Source: Trichoplax sp. H2
Taxonomy: Eukaryota
Direction of reading: 5' to 3'
NCBI GenBank assembly: GCA_003344405.1
Contig: NOWV01000127.1
Span: forward strand, 186,001-218,737
Length of the DNA: 32,737 bases
The notes below the pieces were generated by a model. It saw only the letters and a list, made by a program, of their open reading frames with translations, had not been told where the DNA came from and ran no database searches. The position numbers and the translations under genes are program-made. Shown here piece by piece: positions 1 to 11,070 of the stretch (positions within the stretch are counted from its first letter, which is position 1; the number at the start of each line of letters is the position of its first letter).

Positions 1-1740
1 GTTTAAAACAATACGCGGATTTTAATTCTTTTTCTGGTATAAGAAATAAGATCAGAGGTGGTTAAACCACAACTTACAATATTTTGATGAATTTAGAAGA
101 TTTATAGGGTGCTAAATAATTGATCAATTACATAGCCAAAACGTGCTAATGTTGGATAGACTAGGTAATGCTGCTACGACCAATTCAATCAATTTTGATC
201 GAAAGTTGTTATGTATGAGGTTCGTACTACTGCTTAAGTCAAGTAATAAATCTCGTATAGTGTGTAAAATGATGTAAGTTTTATTAGGAAAACTGTCACT
301 TAGCAAGATAAGGCAGACTTATAGTTAATATAAATCTATAAGCTCAAATCAGTATATGTAATCGTAATTACGGTAAGATCGTTTGAGTACAGGGTGAAGG
401 TAGAATGTAAGAGAAGGACTAACGTAAAATTATACAATTCTTAAAGGACTATTCAGAAAAATTATAAAACTCTGAATACAAAAACTTGATTGTTCTCATA
501 ATAACAAATATCCGCGTAAATAGTAACAAACGAAACATGTTTATCCATGATTTACATTCGTGGAAATACATTTTAGGCGAACATAAAACGTGTGCAAATG
601 TGTAACAACAAGCGTGATAACTATATTATGTAGGCGTGATTAGGCGTGATAGTACACATGTGTAATAGACGCTTAACACATACTAAAAACTCTAAATATG
701 TAATAGTTATTCATGTCATGAAACGGTGTTTATTACGAGTAATTAAAACTACGATAAGTCGCTCGTCCGACTTGCCCTCCTCAGCATTTGCTTGCAAAGT
801 ACGGACAACTAACTACTCGCCGTCACGAGATTGCAATAACTAAACGTGTCTCCTTGATCGTAATAAGGAAGCTGCTTTATAGAAATATTAGCTAATTTAT
901 GTACGACTACGATAAAATCAAATTTTATAGCCAGATATTGTTATGAAAGCAAACCTTGATTGATTAAAATACGTATAAGATCATAGATATATCTATAATT
1001 ACTGTGTTACAGAATTTTAGTAAAAATTATTTTGAAATTAAGTAAGAGTAACCTTTAGTTTTTTAGTATTTTAACTGCTGACATAATGTTATGTCTATCA
1101 TGGCTGCCTAGCAACTATTTTCAACAGTAGTTAAACACCCACACAAATTTTTCTAGAATTAAAACTAAAAGCTCCGTTTATTACAAAAAGTAGTCGGGTT
1201 TCATAAATTCTAACTTGATGGCGAGCGGTTTTAATCTTAGAATTACAAGAATATAATTTAACATTGTAATTTAAACGTGTCAGAGTACGGCTATTACACA
1301 AGATTAATTATGATGAGACCATAATCTGATCGTCGAGGTCATTGTAAATTACGTACCGTATCTAAAGAAATGGCTTAGCCTTATCCGAAAATGAATTAGT
1401 TTTACAATTCTAAATTTTACTAACAACTTAATGCTCTACAACATTGCCATACATCATAGTATAGATATCATGATACATGCTTAATCTAGTAGCATCGCAG
1501 ATTAATGATTATATGCATATTAAAATTGCGAAATTTAGAGAAAAAACGTTGCAAGGCGTCTAGTGCTTGAGTTAGAATACATGACATTACATTATACAAT
1601 TATAAATAGTGCAATAGGTTATGTACTAGTCGCGGTAATATGATATTAAAATACAAATGCAAGCTAAGTATTAGTGTATTCTTTATCGGCGTTAGATTTT
1701 TCGTGATGAGGATCCAGATCGTCCATATTTTTCTCCAGCT

Positions 1741-2815
1741 TTATTTGCTTACGTCTTTTTGTTGTCTTGTCCTATTTGTGTAGGTTACACGAGTCGCTGG
1801 ACGAATAAATAATCCTTTGATTACGGCCGTACTTGTAAAGGTATACAAGTATGGATTAAGAGCAGAATTTATAGGTAATGCAAATATACCAATAAATTGT
1901 AGTGTGATAACGTCAACACCATCGCTAGATGCGAAACCAGTAAAATTTACTATATAATAAGGTACCAAACTAATTAAATCGGTTATTAATATGATAAATA
2001 GACGCAATGCAATTATTTTATCTTTTCTAGCTTTTGCTTTTCGATTAGTTGCTTGTGTAACAGCTTTACCAGTATTGCGAATGTAGATAAATAATCTAAT
2101 ATAAAGTGTACATGTAATAATCCAAGCAATAATTGTAGAAACGATATAGGCTATCATCCAGACTCTATAGTTAGGGTTCTCATAATTGCTTGGCATGCAC
2201 ATACTGTTAAAGGTGTATAATCGTTTGTTACCAGGCTGATTGATACTAAATAATGACGGTACGAGTGCAAATGTAAATCCTCCTAACCATATTATACCAA
2301 TAATCAGCCGAGAATAGAAATGGCTTAACTTTTTTCCTTTGAGTCCATAAACGATTGTGATGAACCGATCAACGCTGATAACTACCATTGAAAATACAGA
2401 CACTATGCTAGATGTAGTCATAAGAGTACAAGATACTGCACAGAGGGGATGTCGTAGCCACTTCTCAGATCGTATGCCATACAGACCTTGATTGCTATAA
2501 ACTAAATTAGCAAATCCTATGATAAATAAATAGATTGACATGATAAAATCTGATATGGCTAAATTATTGATTAAGAATAGGTTGACATTGTCGTCTTTAT
2601 GATTTCTTTTTTCAGCCCGAATAATGCGGAGATTGCGTACAATAACGAAAATATTGCCCAAAAAAGCCAGAATGCCAACAAGCCAGATGAAGAATTGTAA
2701 TGAAACATGAGCAAGAAGATGCTAACAAGATGATAAAGTATCAGATATCATCGATGGTTCACAGGTTAGTATTTTAGCAGGTATGATGCAACAAAAGTAA
2801 GGACGATTGGTTAAT
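1741..2815 (-). CDS. Terminal exon: LGR hinge plus 7TM rhodopsin-family domain, with internal TAG at 2722-2724
   Basis: Acceptor aacag ends at 2816. Translation LTNRPYFCCIIPAKILTCEPSMISDTLSSC*HLLAHVSLQFFIWLVGILAFLGN continues into ORF 1741..2661, which has NLAISDFIMSIYL (TM2), W..HPLC, SVDRF (DRY-like), MCMP, TDLISLVP and LPINSALNPYLYT (NPxxY). These motifs are typical of relaxin-receptor/GRL101-like LGRs. Confidence 0.93.
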
Positions 2816-3660
2816 CTGTTAAGATATTGAAAAGTAAAACAGACAGCTTGTTTAACCTCTGAAGTTTAAGCAAATACACCGATTGAAAGTAAGATAGTTG
2901 GCTGAGTATTGCTACTTTTACTTACATTTCCACTAACTTAGATGGACCATAAAATGACTCTCGAGATACTTCGTCTAACCAATTCTTTCGTAAATCTCTA
3001 ATTTTTATAGATTTTAAACATGAATTACAATTAAAATAAATGGAAAATATCATAATAAAATGCAGCAATATTTTCACAATATGTAAACCAACTGCTTTCT
3101 AACTCATGTCAATAAAACATATATTAAAATCAAATGGATATTTAAGGTTGTAACAGAATACTGTATACAAAAGTAATCATTCAACTATATCTACGCTGCA
3201 TCGATATAAATATTATTTTAACATAGAATGCAAGTAGCTTTAGACAAAATGGCTTGGCTAATCTTCGCTAGCATGTATAATGAATTTCTATCATAATTTA
3301 GAGTTTAGTTTTCTCTTTGTGTAAATGTTTTTGTCGGAATGTAATTACGTTATCAATTTGGAATAAAAGCTTTGGCGATGACAGGATAAGCTCTAAGCTT
3401 AACCTTTCTGTTCTTGTTGCGAGACTCAATTTGTGACGGTATCGCTATCTAGACTTAATACCAACAACTATATTGAAGGTTCGCACTACTCCCAACTGGT
3501 ATAAGATATAGCCAATTGCACGTATATTCAGTTAAAGTTTGAGTAAAACCAACTGCTCTTACTCTCCGTATTGTTTGAATAGTGATCGTATAAGTGCATG
3601 TACTATTCATAATTGCGGCGTATAATAGTTATAAGATTGTAGAATAGCGAAAAAATTTGT

Positions 3661-4187
3661 TGTGATATATACCGATCACGAAATTTCAAATTTTAGAAAA
3701 ATAAGGGCTTTATTGAATCTTATACAAAGATTAACCACACACAGCTCTACTCTAGCCGAATACCACTACTAAAGACTTCTACAACGAACTGACAGAATAA
3801 TCTAAAGTTGCATGCTTTTATACTTTTCGTAGCGTTCGCAGCTACAATTTGCACGGTAACCTTTTACCTTATTTTACACATAGTTAAATTATTCTTAGTA
3901 ACACTAATCTACTGCGGACCATCATTAATTCGATATGGATACGGCTACAGTATTTATGTAGACATTATTTATACCAGCCAAAGTACAATGAATTAACCAT
4001 ATCATAATGTATGATTTACGGTTCTATTTTTACCCTTACTGTATATAGTCATCTGTACTCTAGCATAGAGCCTATACCACTACAGTCTATAGTTATGGCT
4101 ACCAAATATCTCTTAGGATAAACATCTACCGTACATTATACTAAACATGGCTAACAGTCTACAATCACAATAATAAGTTACATTACA
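3661..4187 (-). mobile_element. Solo-LTR-like element, family 1, copy 1
   Basis: 527 bp, termini TGTGAT...ATTACA, flanked by 5-bp direct repeat TTTGT (3656-3660 and 4188-4192). It is an inverted homolog of 11071-11633. Confidence 0.85.
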
Positions 4188-4314
4188 TTTGTGTACGTAG
4201 CACTATTCATAATTTTCACACATAATTTAAGAAGTATGATTGAACTTGTATGCATTTTTGTATATACTAGTCCAAACTCTTATCGCTTTGCTGACGGTTT
4301 ACGATAATGTATTC

Positions 4315-4925
4315 ATTTGTTAATAATTAACAGATAGTATTACCATTCAACTTTAAATATATCCCGGTAATAGTCGGGTACTACTATATTTAAAACAGAT
4401 TGATTTAATGTACGTACTGATCGTGCATTTCCACGTTGTTCACTTCGCTTTCGCCTATCAGATCGCTGACTAACTGACATTATCCTCTTAGAAACCCTTT
4501 TTGTTATATGATATATAGCAATCAAAAATAACCGGGACAGGGGAACTACAGTAGGATAACACTACGAAATGCATGAGAGCAATGGAACTAATAGTACCTA
4601 CTAATGTGTATCAATCACTTATACCTTCTCAATAATATTTACATAAACCCTAGAGATCATTCATTTCTATACCAATTCAAATTTCCTTAAGTAACTTTCG
4701 TATTAGTATGTTTACCGAATAAGGATGGTTACTATATACAGTATTGATATGTTAAGGTTGGTTAGCGAAACTGTCAAATATACGTTTATGCTCAATTTGT
4801 TAATAAAATTAACAGATAGTATTATCATTCGATATTATATATATCCCGGTAATAGTAATGTACTATGCTATATTAATATTAGTTAATAATCCAAAACGCA
4901 TTATGATAACTAATGTACGGTGATG
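4315..4925. repeat. Diverged intronic direct repeat pair (~4315-4420 and ~4795-4925)
   Basis: Shared atttgttaataa..ttaacagatagtatta.cattc and atatatcccggtaatagt blocks. Confidence 0.7.
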
Positions 4926-5819
4926 GACATACCAAGTTAAGATTAGCAGATACTGTAAGATATCGACAGTGCGGTACAATGTCCTTAGTACTGTGATCAA
5001 TTCTATACCAATCATTATAATGTGTCTAAGGATCGCTTGTATATGGAAGCAAAACTTGCTCTGTCGATAACAACCGTTATAAGAAAATGTAACAATCAAA
5101 ATGGCTGTGTAGAAAACTCTATAAAGATTCTATGTTTATTCAATTTTCTTCAGAGTATTACGTCAAATCAAAATATAAAGGCCCAGTGGCCAGCCTTAGC
5201 GATATAACGAATACTATTTCAAAAATCAGTACTCTGTAGAAATTACTACCGTAGAGCTATTCGTTTTACATGAAGAAATGTTGAGGTAAAAAGTACTGTA
5301 AGAATCTTATACTGACCTATTGAAATCAACCCATAATCACAGTCATTTAACAGCAGTACAGTATAAATACCCCCGCGCTGCTCATTTAAAGGGAGGGTCG
5401 GTGAGATTTACATGATATAATTTTATTACCAGCACAGATTGTTTGCTACATGATTTGTGTAAGTAGTAATTTCTAGTGCTTGGAAGTTTGTAGAGTACTA
5501 AATTTAGTGAATATCGAAGTAAAGGAAAATCATGCGAAGGTATTAAATGTACAGTAGATGTACGCTAAAACTGACTAATATATGAATATGTATTCAAGAA
5601 TCATGTAGAGTAGTTACTACAGTACATTATACAATAATTACCTAATTAAAAAATCTGAAATTATTTACGTCTTAATATTATAACGTAAATTCGACAGTCC
5701 ATTCACAAATGCAATAAATGTTGAAGCTTCTTTTTGTAATCATGATAATTATTTTATGGTTTCATTTGAGCAACATAAGAAACAAAATTAGATTTTACAT
5801 TTTCTTTTCCCGTACTTAC

Positions 5820-5891
5820 AATTTTTGCAAGCTTGATAACCCTCTAAAGCATCTTTCTTGGAGCTTGCTGATCTTATTTCTACTTGCATCG
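5820..5891 (-). CDS. LRR exon
   Basis: 72 bp, AG/GTAAG; DASRNKISKLQERCFRGLSSLQKL. Confidence 0.9.
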
Positions 5892-5992
5892 CTTTGTTGT
5901 TAATACATGATTGCATAAGTTAGTATTGGTAATGTTCGTTTAAAAAATCAATTGTAAACTAGTAATATTAAGTTCGTTACAAAAAGACTCAC

Positions 5993-6067
5993 ATTTCTCT
6001 TATATTGGGAAATAGTTTCGCAAGGGATTGATAACATAATTCTTCAATTATATTACCGGAGATGTTA
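5993..6067 (-). CDS. LRR exon
   Basis: 75 bp, AG/GTGAG; NISGNIIEELCYQSLAKLFPNIREI. Confidence 0.8.
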
Positions 6068-6257
6068 CTTACGTAAACAAGTATAAATAATGATGGATTT
6101 ATCGTTAGGGTTTATCGTCGTTAGTAAACCCTTACCAACATATTACAGTTATATTTTTTCAAAGAAATGAGTCTATTCAGTATTCCAGATTTTAAGAAAT
6201 AAAATCACATCCTAAGTATCCTACATTTTCATACGATTTTACTGCACGTGTACTTAC

Positions 6258-6329
6258 AGCTTCTTTAAATTTCCATATCGAATGATTAATGAAGAATAGA
6301 TCCTCTTTAATTTATTATTTGAGAGATTT
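6258..6329 (-). CDS. LRR exon
   Basis: 72 bp; NLSNNKLKRIYSSLIIRYGNLKKL. Confidence 0.9.
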
Positions 6330-6765
6330 CTATAATAAATATCACAATGTTGAAAATGGATAAGAAACTATAGGTATATTAGCATTACAATCAGAATTTT
6401 AATCTGTAATTTTCGTGCTTTGCAACACAGAAATTATATACGGTAAAGGGTACAGGCGGATATCTTCCGTCCTTAGTGAATGTTGTATTTATTCTATGAT
6501 GCGTTATATCATTGGTATTAAACCAATATTATTGGATTTGAGCTAATTTCTCGTTTGCATCTTTTCACAATTATGATATCGTATTGCACCCATATATAGA
6601 TGATTTAACATAAAACCGCGATATCAGTAATTATTGTAACCCCGTAAAGTTGCTATAAAATATTAAACCTAAATATTTCCGTCATGGTAAGGATCCACTA
6701 TATGTATTAAAACATTTGTAATATTTTATATTAATTAATAAAGACTTTAAATTAACTTATCTTAC

Positions 6766-6843
6766 AAATCCGTTAATATGTTTTCATCCCTGCTAGAGAT
6801 GTCGACCATATCAAATTCAGATATGTTGTTACCGTCCAATGAT
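6766..6843 (-). CDS. LRR exon
   Basis: 78 bp; SLDGNNISEFDMVDISSRDENILTDL. Confidence 0.85.
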
Positions 6844-6954
6844 CTATTATTAATTAAAAGCTTAAATTAAATGAATATAAAAGTTTGTAATGTATTCTAG
6901 GTTTACAGTCACAACTCTAACTTAAAAGCTGCAGTATTAAAATAGTCAACTTAC

Positions 6955-7023
6955 AAAATTCTAAGAGAATAAAATGCAAACGCTTTCTCGGGGATGGATG
7001 AAATATTGCATTTATTTAAATGA
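6955..7023 (-). CDS. LRR exon
   Basis: 69 bp; HLNKCNISSIPEKAFAFYSLRIL. Confidence 0.88.
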
Positions 7024-7259
7024 CTATGAAGGACGGTAAAATAAGAATAAAAGGTGATCAGTAATTTTCAATTAGAATTCTGTGATTATTAGTCGCAACT
7101 GTAATACTGCTGTAATATACAGAGAGCTTAATATCTATTTTAAGGCATATCTAGCGGAATTCTATTACTATAGGTGCTTAACAAAAATCTTTATAAATCT
7201 AGTTGAGTACGAATTTATTTTTATTTTAAAATTATACTAGAATAAAATAGGTAAAATAC

Positions 7260-7352
7260 AGTCTTCTAATCAAAGGGTAAAAGCTCAAGCATAATGTTGT
7301 AAACAGAGCTTCAGGTGGATTCAATCTAGTTAACAAGATTATCATTTAAACT
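7260..7352 (-). pseudogene. Damaged LRR exon, possibly rescued by an internal acceptor giving 7260-7325
   Basis: SLNDNL / LTRLNPPEALFTTLCLSFYPLIRRL needs a frameshift. A 66-bp in-frame version starts after ttaactag. Confidence 0.45.
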
Positions 7353-7702
7353 CTATTAAAATCTCTCAGTAGTATTGCGTTACTGTCTATATCGTAAAGC
7401 ATAAATCGTATGATCTTATCAACAAATGTGTACTTGAGTAGCGATACATGTAAACATAAGACACTAATGTACTTAGAAAATCTCTATAAATAAGTTTTTA
7501 TTTAGACTATTATTAGAAAATTTAGTAGAATTAATGATATTTATGAAATCTAAATTAGGAATAGTAATAACAAAAATAAGATGTTCCTGTAGAAAGTTTT
7601 TTTTAATGCTCTGCAATTTATAGCCTTTAGCGTAACAATAAATAGTTTAAGAAAAGTAATTTTTATTTCTGACCTATACTTACTCTTAGTTCAACTACTT
7701 AC

Positions 7703-7783
7703 ATCCCTATTAGGTATGGTCCAATAAGGTCAGATAAATCGCTCATGAGGGTAGCTAATGTTATTAGATTTTCACTAACATCT
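7703..7783 (-). CDS. LRR exon
   Basis: 81 bp; DVSENLITLATLMSDLSDLIGPYLIGM. Confidence 0.8.
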
Positions 7784-7988
7784 CTATACATTCAAGAAAG
7801 TATGGAAATAATCAAGAGCGCTTTTCAAAGACAGTACATCTTTGTAGATAAATAGAGATGATAAAGAATTTATAAGCGAAACTGACCAAATTTTCTATTT
7901 CAAATAAATAATGTTATAACGCCTATATTAAATGTTTTAAACTATCACAAGTATTAGTGTTCGTAGGTTCAAAAGCATGTTGACGTAC

Positions 7989-8054
7989 AATTTCAGGTAA
8001 GTTAAAGCTACTATTTCTCTAATATCTGCATTCCATTCATTTCCTGCTAATTTC
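7989..8054 (-). CDS. LRR exon
   Basis: 66 bp, GTACGT donor; KLAGNEWNADIREIVALTYLKL. Confidence 0.75.
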
Positions 8055-8208
8055 CTATTAAATAATCATTCAGGCAATTATAAATCAATTTTTTGTAAAT
8101 GAACTTACTCTAACCGCAATTATAATACTTGCAAACGATTTACTGTTTAATAATAGAATAGACAAGTTTAAAATCTAATTATTATCATGCTATTGTGTTA
8201 AAGCTTAC

Positions 8209-8292
8209 AAGTCATTCACTAAATTCAATTTGTCTAGAAAATCTTTCTTCATATCTATTCCGTTCGCTATTAGTCTCGTGTAGCTCATGTCA
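8209..8292 (-). CDS. LRR exon
   Basis: 84 bp; DMSYTRLIANGIDMKKDFLDKLNLVNDL. Confidence 0.75.
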
Positions 8293-8387
8293 CTAGTCAG
8301 CAAATGCAAAATAGCTAATTAGTTCTGAACGTATATCAAATAAAAGATTTAAGTGACTTGGATCACAAATTTCAATCAGCAACTTAC

Positions 8388-8459
8388 ATTTTTTTAATTT
8401 GGAAGAATAAACCATCACAATTACGGTCAAACTTCTTGATATTATTATGCGCTAGTATT
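8388..8459 (-). CDS. LRR exon
   Basis: 72 bp; ILAHNNIKKFDRNCDGLFFQIKKI. Confidence 0.88.
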
Positions 8460-8594
8460 CTAAAAGATATGAACAGATATACTGATTAGTCTATTTTATA
8501 CCTGTTGATTCTAAATTCTTAAACGTAAATTTTTTAAAGTAGTTACTAGTGTGTTATTATGCCAAGGAAAGATTCGAATGAGTGTGCTACTTAC

Positions 8595-8660
8595 AAAGAT
8601 CTAAGTACTGGAGGTAATCCTGAGCAAGTCAGATTTGAAATTTTATTTTTTGCCAAATCT
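8595..8660 (-). CDS. LRR exon
   Basis: 66 bp; DLAKNKISNLTCSGLPPVLRSL. Confidence 0.88.
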
Positions 8661-9115
8661 CTATCATTGAAACAGATATAAAGAATTAAGAGAAAATTTC
8701 TTATGAATAGAACGGTGATGTTATGGCATTAAACAGTACATCATGCTATATTTCAGGAACTTTATTAAAAGTATCAATAATTTATAATTAATATTTATAG
8801 TTGGTTTATTGTTGTATTAAATCACTAGCATAAATAGTTAGGTAAATATGTCAAGTATAGACAATAACATAAAGCTCCAATTATCGACTCTTTCAAGACT
8901 ATTCTTTCTAATAATGCTTAATTCATCGCTTTCAGCCATAATAATATTACCGTTACCGCTAGTATTTGATAAAGTACAACACGCCATATTTCATAAATCA
9001 TTTCTTTCGGATGTTTAAATTTATTGAATTAATTATATTTGAGAATATTTTTACAAGAATTGCAGTCTGCTAATTGGGTTATTATAGATTCTATGGATAC
9101 ATATCTTATACTTAC

Positions 9116-9183
9116 AGTTTTCAAGAAACGTTAATCCCAAATCATCTTGCACAGACAGTTTTATTTCATTACCGCTTAGATCA
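9116..9183 (-). pseudogene. LRR exon with 1-bp deletion (frameshift)
   Basis: 68 bp between good splice sites; DLSGNEIKLSVQDDLGLTFLE then GAAAACT where GAAAAACT would restore the frame. Confidence 0.8.
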
Positions 9184-9266
9184 CTATAGAAGGAAATGCA
9201 ATCTAGCTAAGTATCTAAGTGATTAACTATACTATCGATGTACGAAACAATCGTTGTACTACTTAC

Positions 9267-9338
9267 AGAATTCTTAAATTTCGGTATCTTGAAAACGTTT
9301 TATTTTGCAAGGATTTGATTCTATTATTACTCAAATAC
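9267..9338 (-). CDS. LRR exon
   Basis: 72 bp; YLSNNRIKSLQNKTFSRYRNLRIL. Confidence 0.92.
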
Positions 9339-9406
9339 CTGAAGTTAAATTATTTAAGTTAATATAATAAGATTTTATCACCAAAATTTTTCATAAGATT
9401 TCTTAC

Positions 9407-9478
9407 AATTGGCTGAGGTACGGCAATGTGATGTTAAAAATTTCTGTAACTTTTTCAATACGATTGGTATTTAAGTTT
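9407..9478 (-). CDS. LRR exon
   Basis: 72 bp; NLNTNRIEKVTEIFNITLPYLSQL. Confidence 0.88.
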
Positions 9479-9621
9479 CTTGGGCGATAAAAATACCAAG
9501 AAGCAGGAATAATTTACGTTAAAATAAACATTCCAAGAAGTAAAATCGAAAATTTTTAATTTAGCGAAAAAGATAAAATTGAGTGTGGAGAGCTATGAAT
9601 TGGATAATAAGCTCATCTTAC

Positions 9622-9690
9622 AATATTCGTAGATTTTGTAATCCTTTTAAAATAGGGTTAACGTTCGATATTTGATTATTTTGTAGATAT
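9622..9690 (-). CDS. LRR exon
   Basis: 69 bp; YLQNNQISNVNPILKGLQNLRIL. Confidence 0.92.
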
Positions 9691-9779
9691 CTATTTTGTA
9701 TATTCAACATAAGCGTATTACGAATACTTATATTAATCACTGATAACATTTTGCTGTTAATAATATGTGTATATCTTAC

Positions 9780-9848
9780 AAGGAAGTTAATTTCGTATTC
9801 ATAAAATAATTTTCACTAAGAGTGCCTATCAAGTTATTATCTAGGTAT
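9780..9848 (-). CDS. LRR exon
   Basis: 69 bp; YLDNNLIGTLSENYFMNTKLTSL. Confidence 0.92.
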
Positions 9849-10056
9849 CTTTAGTAAAGAATTAATAATAATTGTTAGAAGCATGAAATCCATGTAAAAG
9901 TCTTTATTATAAATCTGAAATGAGGCTAGCAAGTGAGATAGTTGCGTGTTTGCATAACATATTTTACTAATTAATAGTTTGGAATGGAACTCAATTCATG
10001 ACACTAATATTTAACTACAGTCATCTAAAATCCTGTTGTACCAATCATTTACTTAC

Positions 10057-10128
10057 AATTCTTCGAGACTTCTTAAGTTCTTAAAGTGGTCAGAATTTAC
10101 TCTGTGAATGTGATTAGATGCTACAGAT
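10057..10128 (-). CDS. LRR exon
   Basis: 72 bp; SVASNHIHRVNSDHFKNLRSLEEL. Confidence 0.92.
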
Positions 10129-10635
10129 CTAGATAATAGAAGAAACAATCATGGATACTCTTATGGAGCAGTAAAATCATTGGTACATTATTTTATGACC
10201 TTTATCAACTCTAAAGTCAAGTTGCAGACAGCCTGATTTCAATATTACTCTTTAAATCTGTTCTGTATGAATTATAGTTAAGAATATATAATGCTCTCGG
10301 TAACAGAAAATTGTCTATCTACTTTGCTATGTGCCTTATAATATTAGCTCGTAGCAATGTTCTGATTAAAATCTTAAAGAATTTTTACCGGTATAGAGAC
10401 AGGTAAAGTGCAAGCGAATCTTATTAATAATAATTACAATTCGCTTAAATAATAAGCATATTGCACTCTCATTTTTTACTTTCGCTTGTATTCATGTGCA
10501 AATAAAGATCTGAAGCTATTTTTGAATTAATTATCTCCGGGTAAATACTAGGAAATCTACAACTCCACATAAACGCTTGCTAATACGTACGAGATATTTG
10601 ATATAAAGGTCTCTGTTTAATCTTGCCGTACTTAC

Positions 10636-10701
10636 AGTATAAGAAGTTGGGATAGCTTTCCTATAAAATCTAGCTTCTGTAATTTGTTATCTTGCAGAAT
10701 T
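10636..10701 (-). CDS. LRR exon
   Basis: 66 bp; ILQDNKLQKLDFIGKLSQLLIL. Confidence 0.88.
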
Positions 10702-10745
10702 CTACACAATAAAAATATAACAAGTCATTTGGGACTTTCGAAGCA

Positions 10746-10765
10746 NNNNNNNNNNNNNNNNNNNN
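10746..10765. other. Assembly gap (20 N)
   Basis: Run of N. Confidence 1.
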
Positions 10766-10898
10766 AAGTCTTTGTGTAGTCTGCTAGTAGAGCAAAAGTG
10801 TTTGTGATAGTGCAGATATCGTTCCTTGATACGTGGTTCAAGGAATTGACTTATTGATCGTATATTGCGTTATCTTGTTGCAAAGCTGTTTTGTGACA
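10766..10898 (+). mobile_element. Gap-truncated end of an LTR-like element related to family 2
   Basis: Ends in TGACA exactly where homology to the empty-site copy resumes. Its reverse complement TGTCACAAAACAGCTTTGCAACAAGATAACG resembles the 18311 end TGCCACAATTTCACTTCTGCAACAAGGTAACG. Confidence 0.55.
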
Positions 10899-10929
10899 AA
10901 AGGTCTCTGTTTAATCTTGCCGTACTTAC

Positions 10930-10995
10930 AGTATAAGAAGTTGGGATAGCTTTCCTATAAAATCTAGCTTCTGTAATTTGTTATCTTGCAGAATT
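10930..10995 (-). CDS. LRR exon, identical copy of 10636-10701 across a gap (probably assembly redundancy)
   Basis: 66 bp; ILQDNKLQKLDFIGKLSQLLIL. Confidence 0.6.
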
Positions 10996-11070
10996 CTACA
11001 CAATGAAAATATAACAAGTCATTTGGGACTTTCGAAGCACAGCCAAAATGCTATATCAATATTTCGTAGC

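Larger units (their letters stand above)
10605..11039. repeat. 141-bp direct duplication (10605-10745 and 10899-11039) around a gap
   Basis: One visible mismatch; includes one LRR exon. Confidence 0.92.

Noticed and set aside
600-660. GCGTGAT repeated three times, including a taggcgtgat tandem
   Set aside because: Too short to support a regulatory or transposon call.
3808-3996. Hydrophobic 62-aa ORF
   Set aside because: It lies within the solo LTR, and hydrophobicity is expected from AT-rich DNA.
5669-5720. AFVNGLSNLRY-like fragment, a possible last LRR exon
   Set aside because: It has no convincing xLxxN start or splice boundaries. It may be a remnant but cannot be called.
7930-8025. Apparent pseudo-exon reading Y*RNSSF...DSLKHL
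   Set aside because: A better-bounded 66-bp exon in another frame (7989-8054) explains the region.
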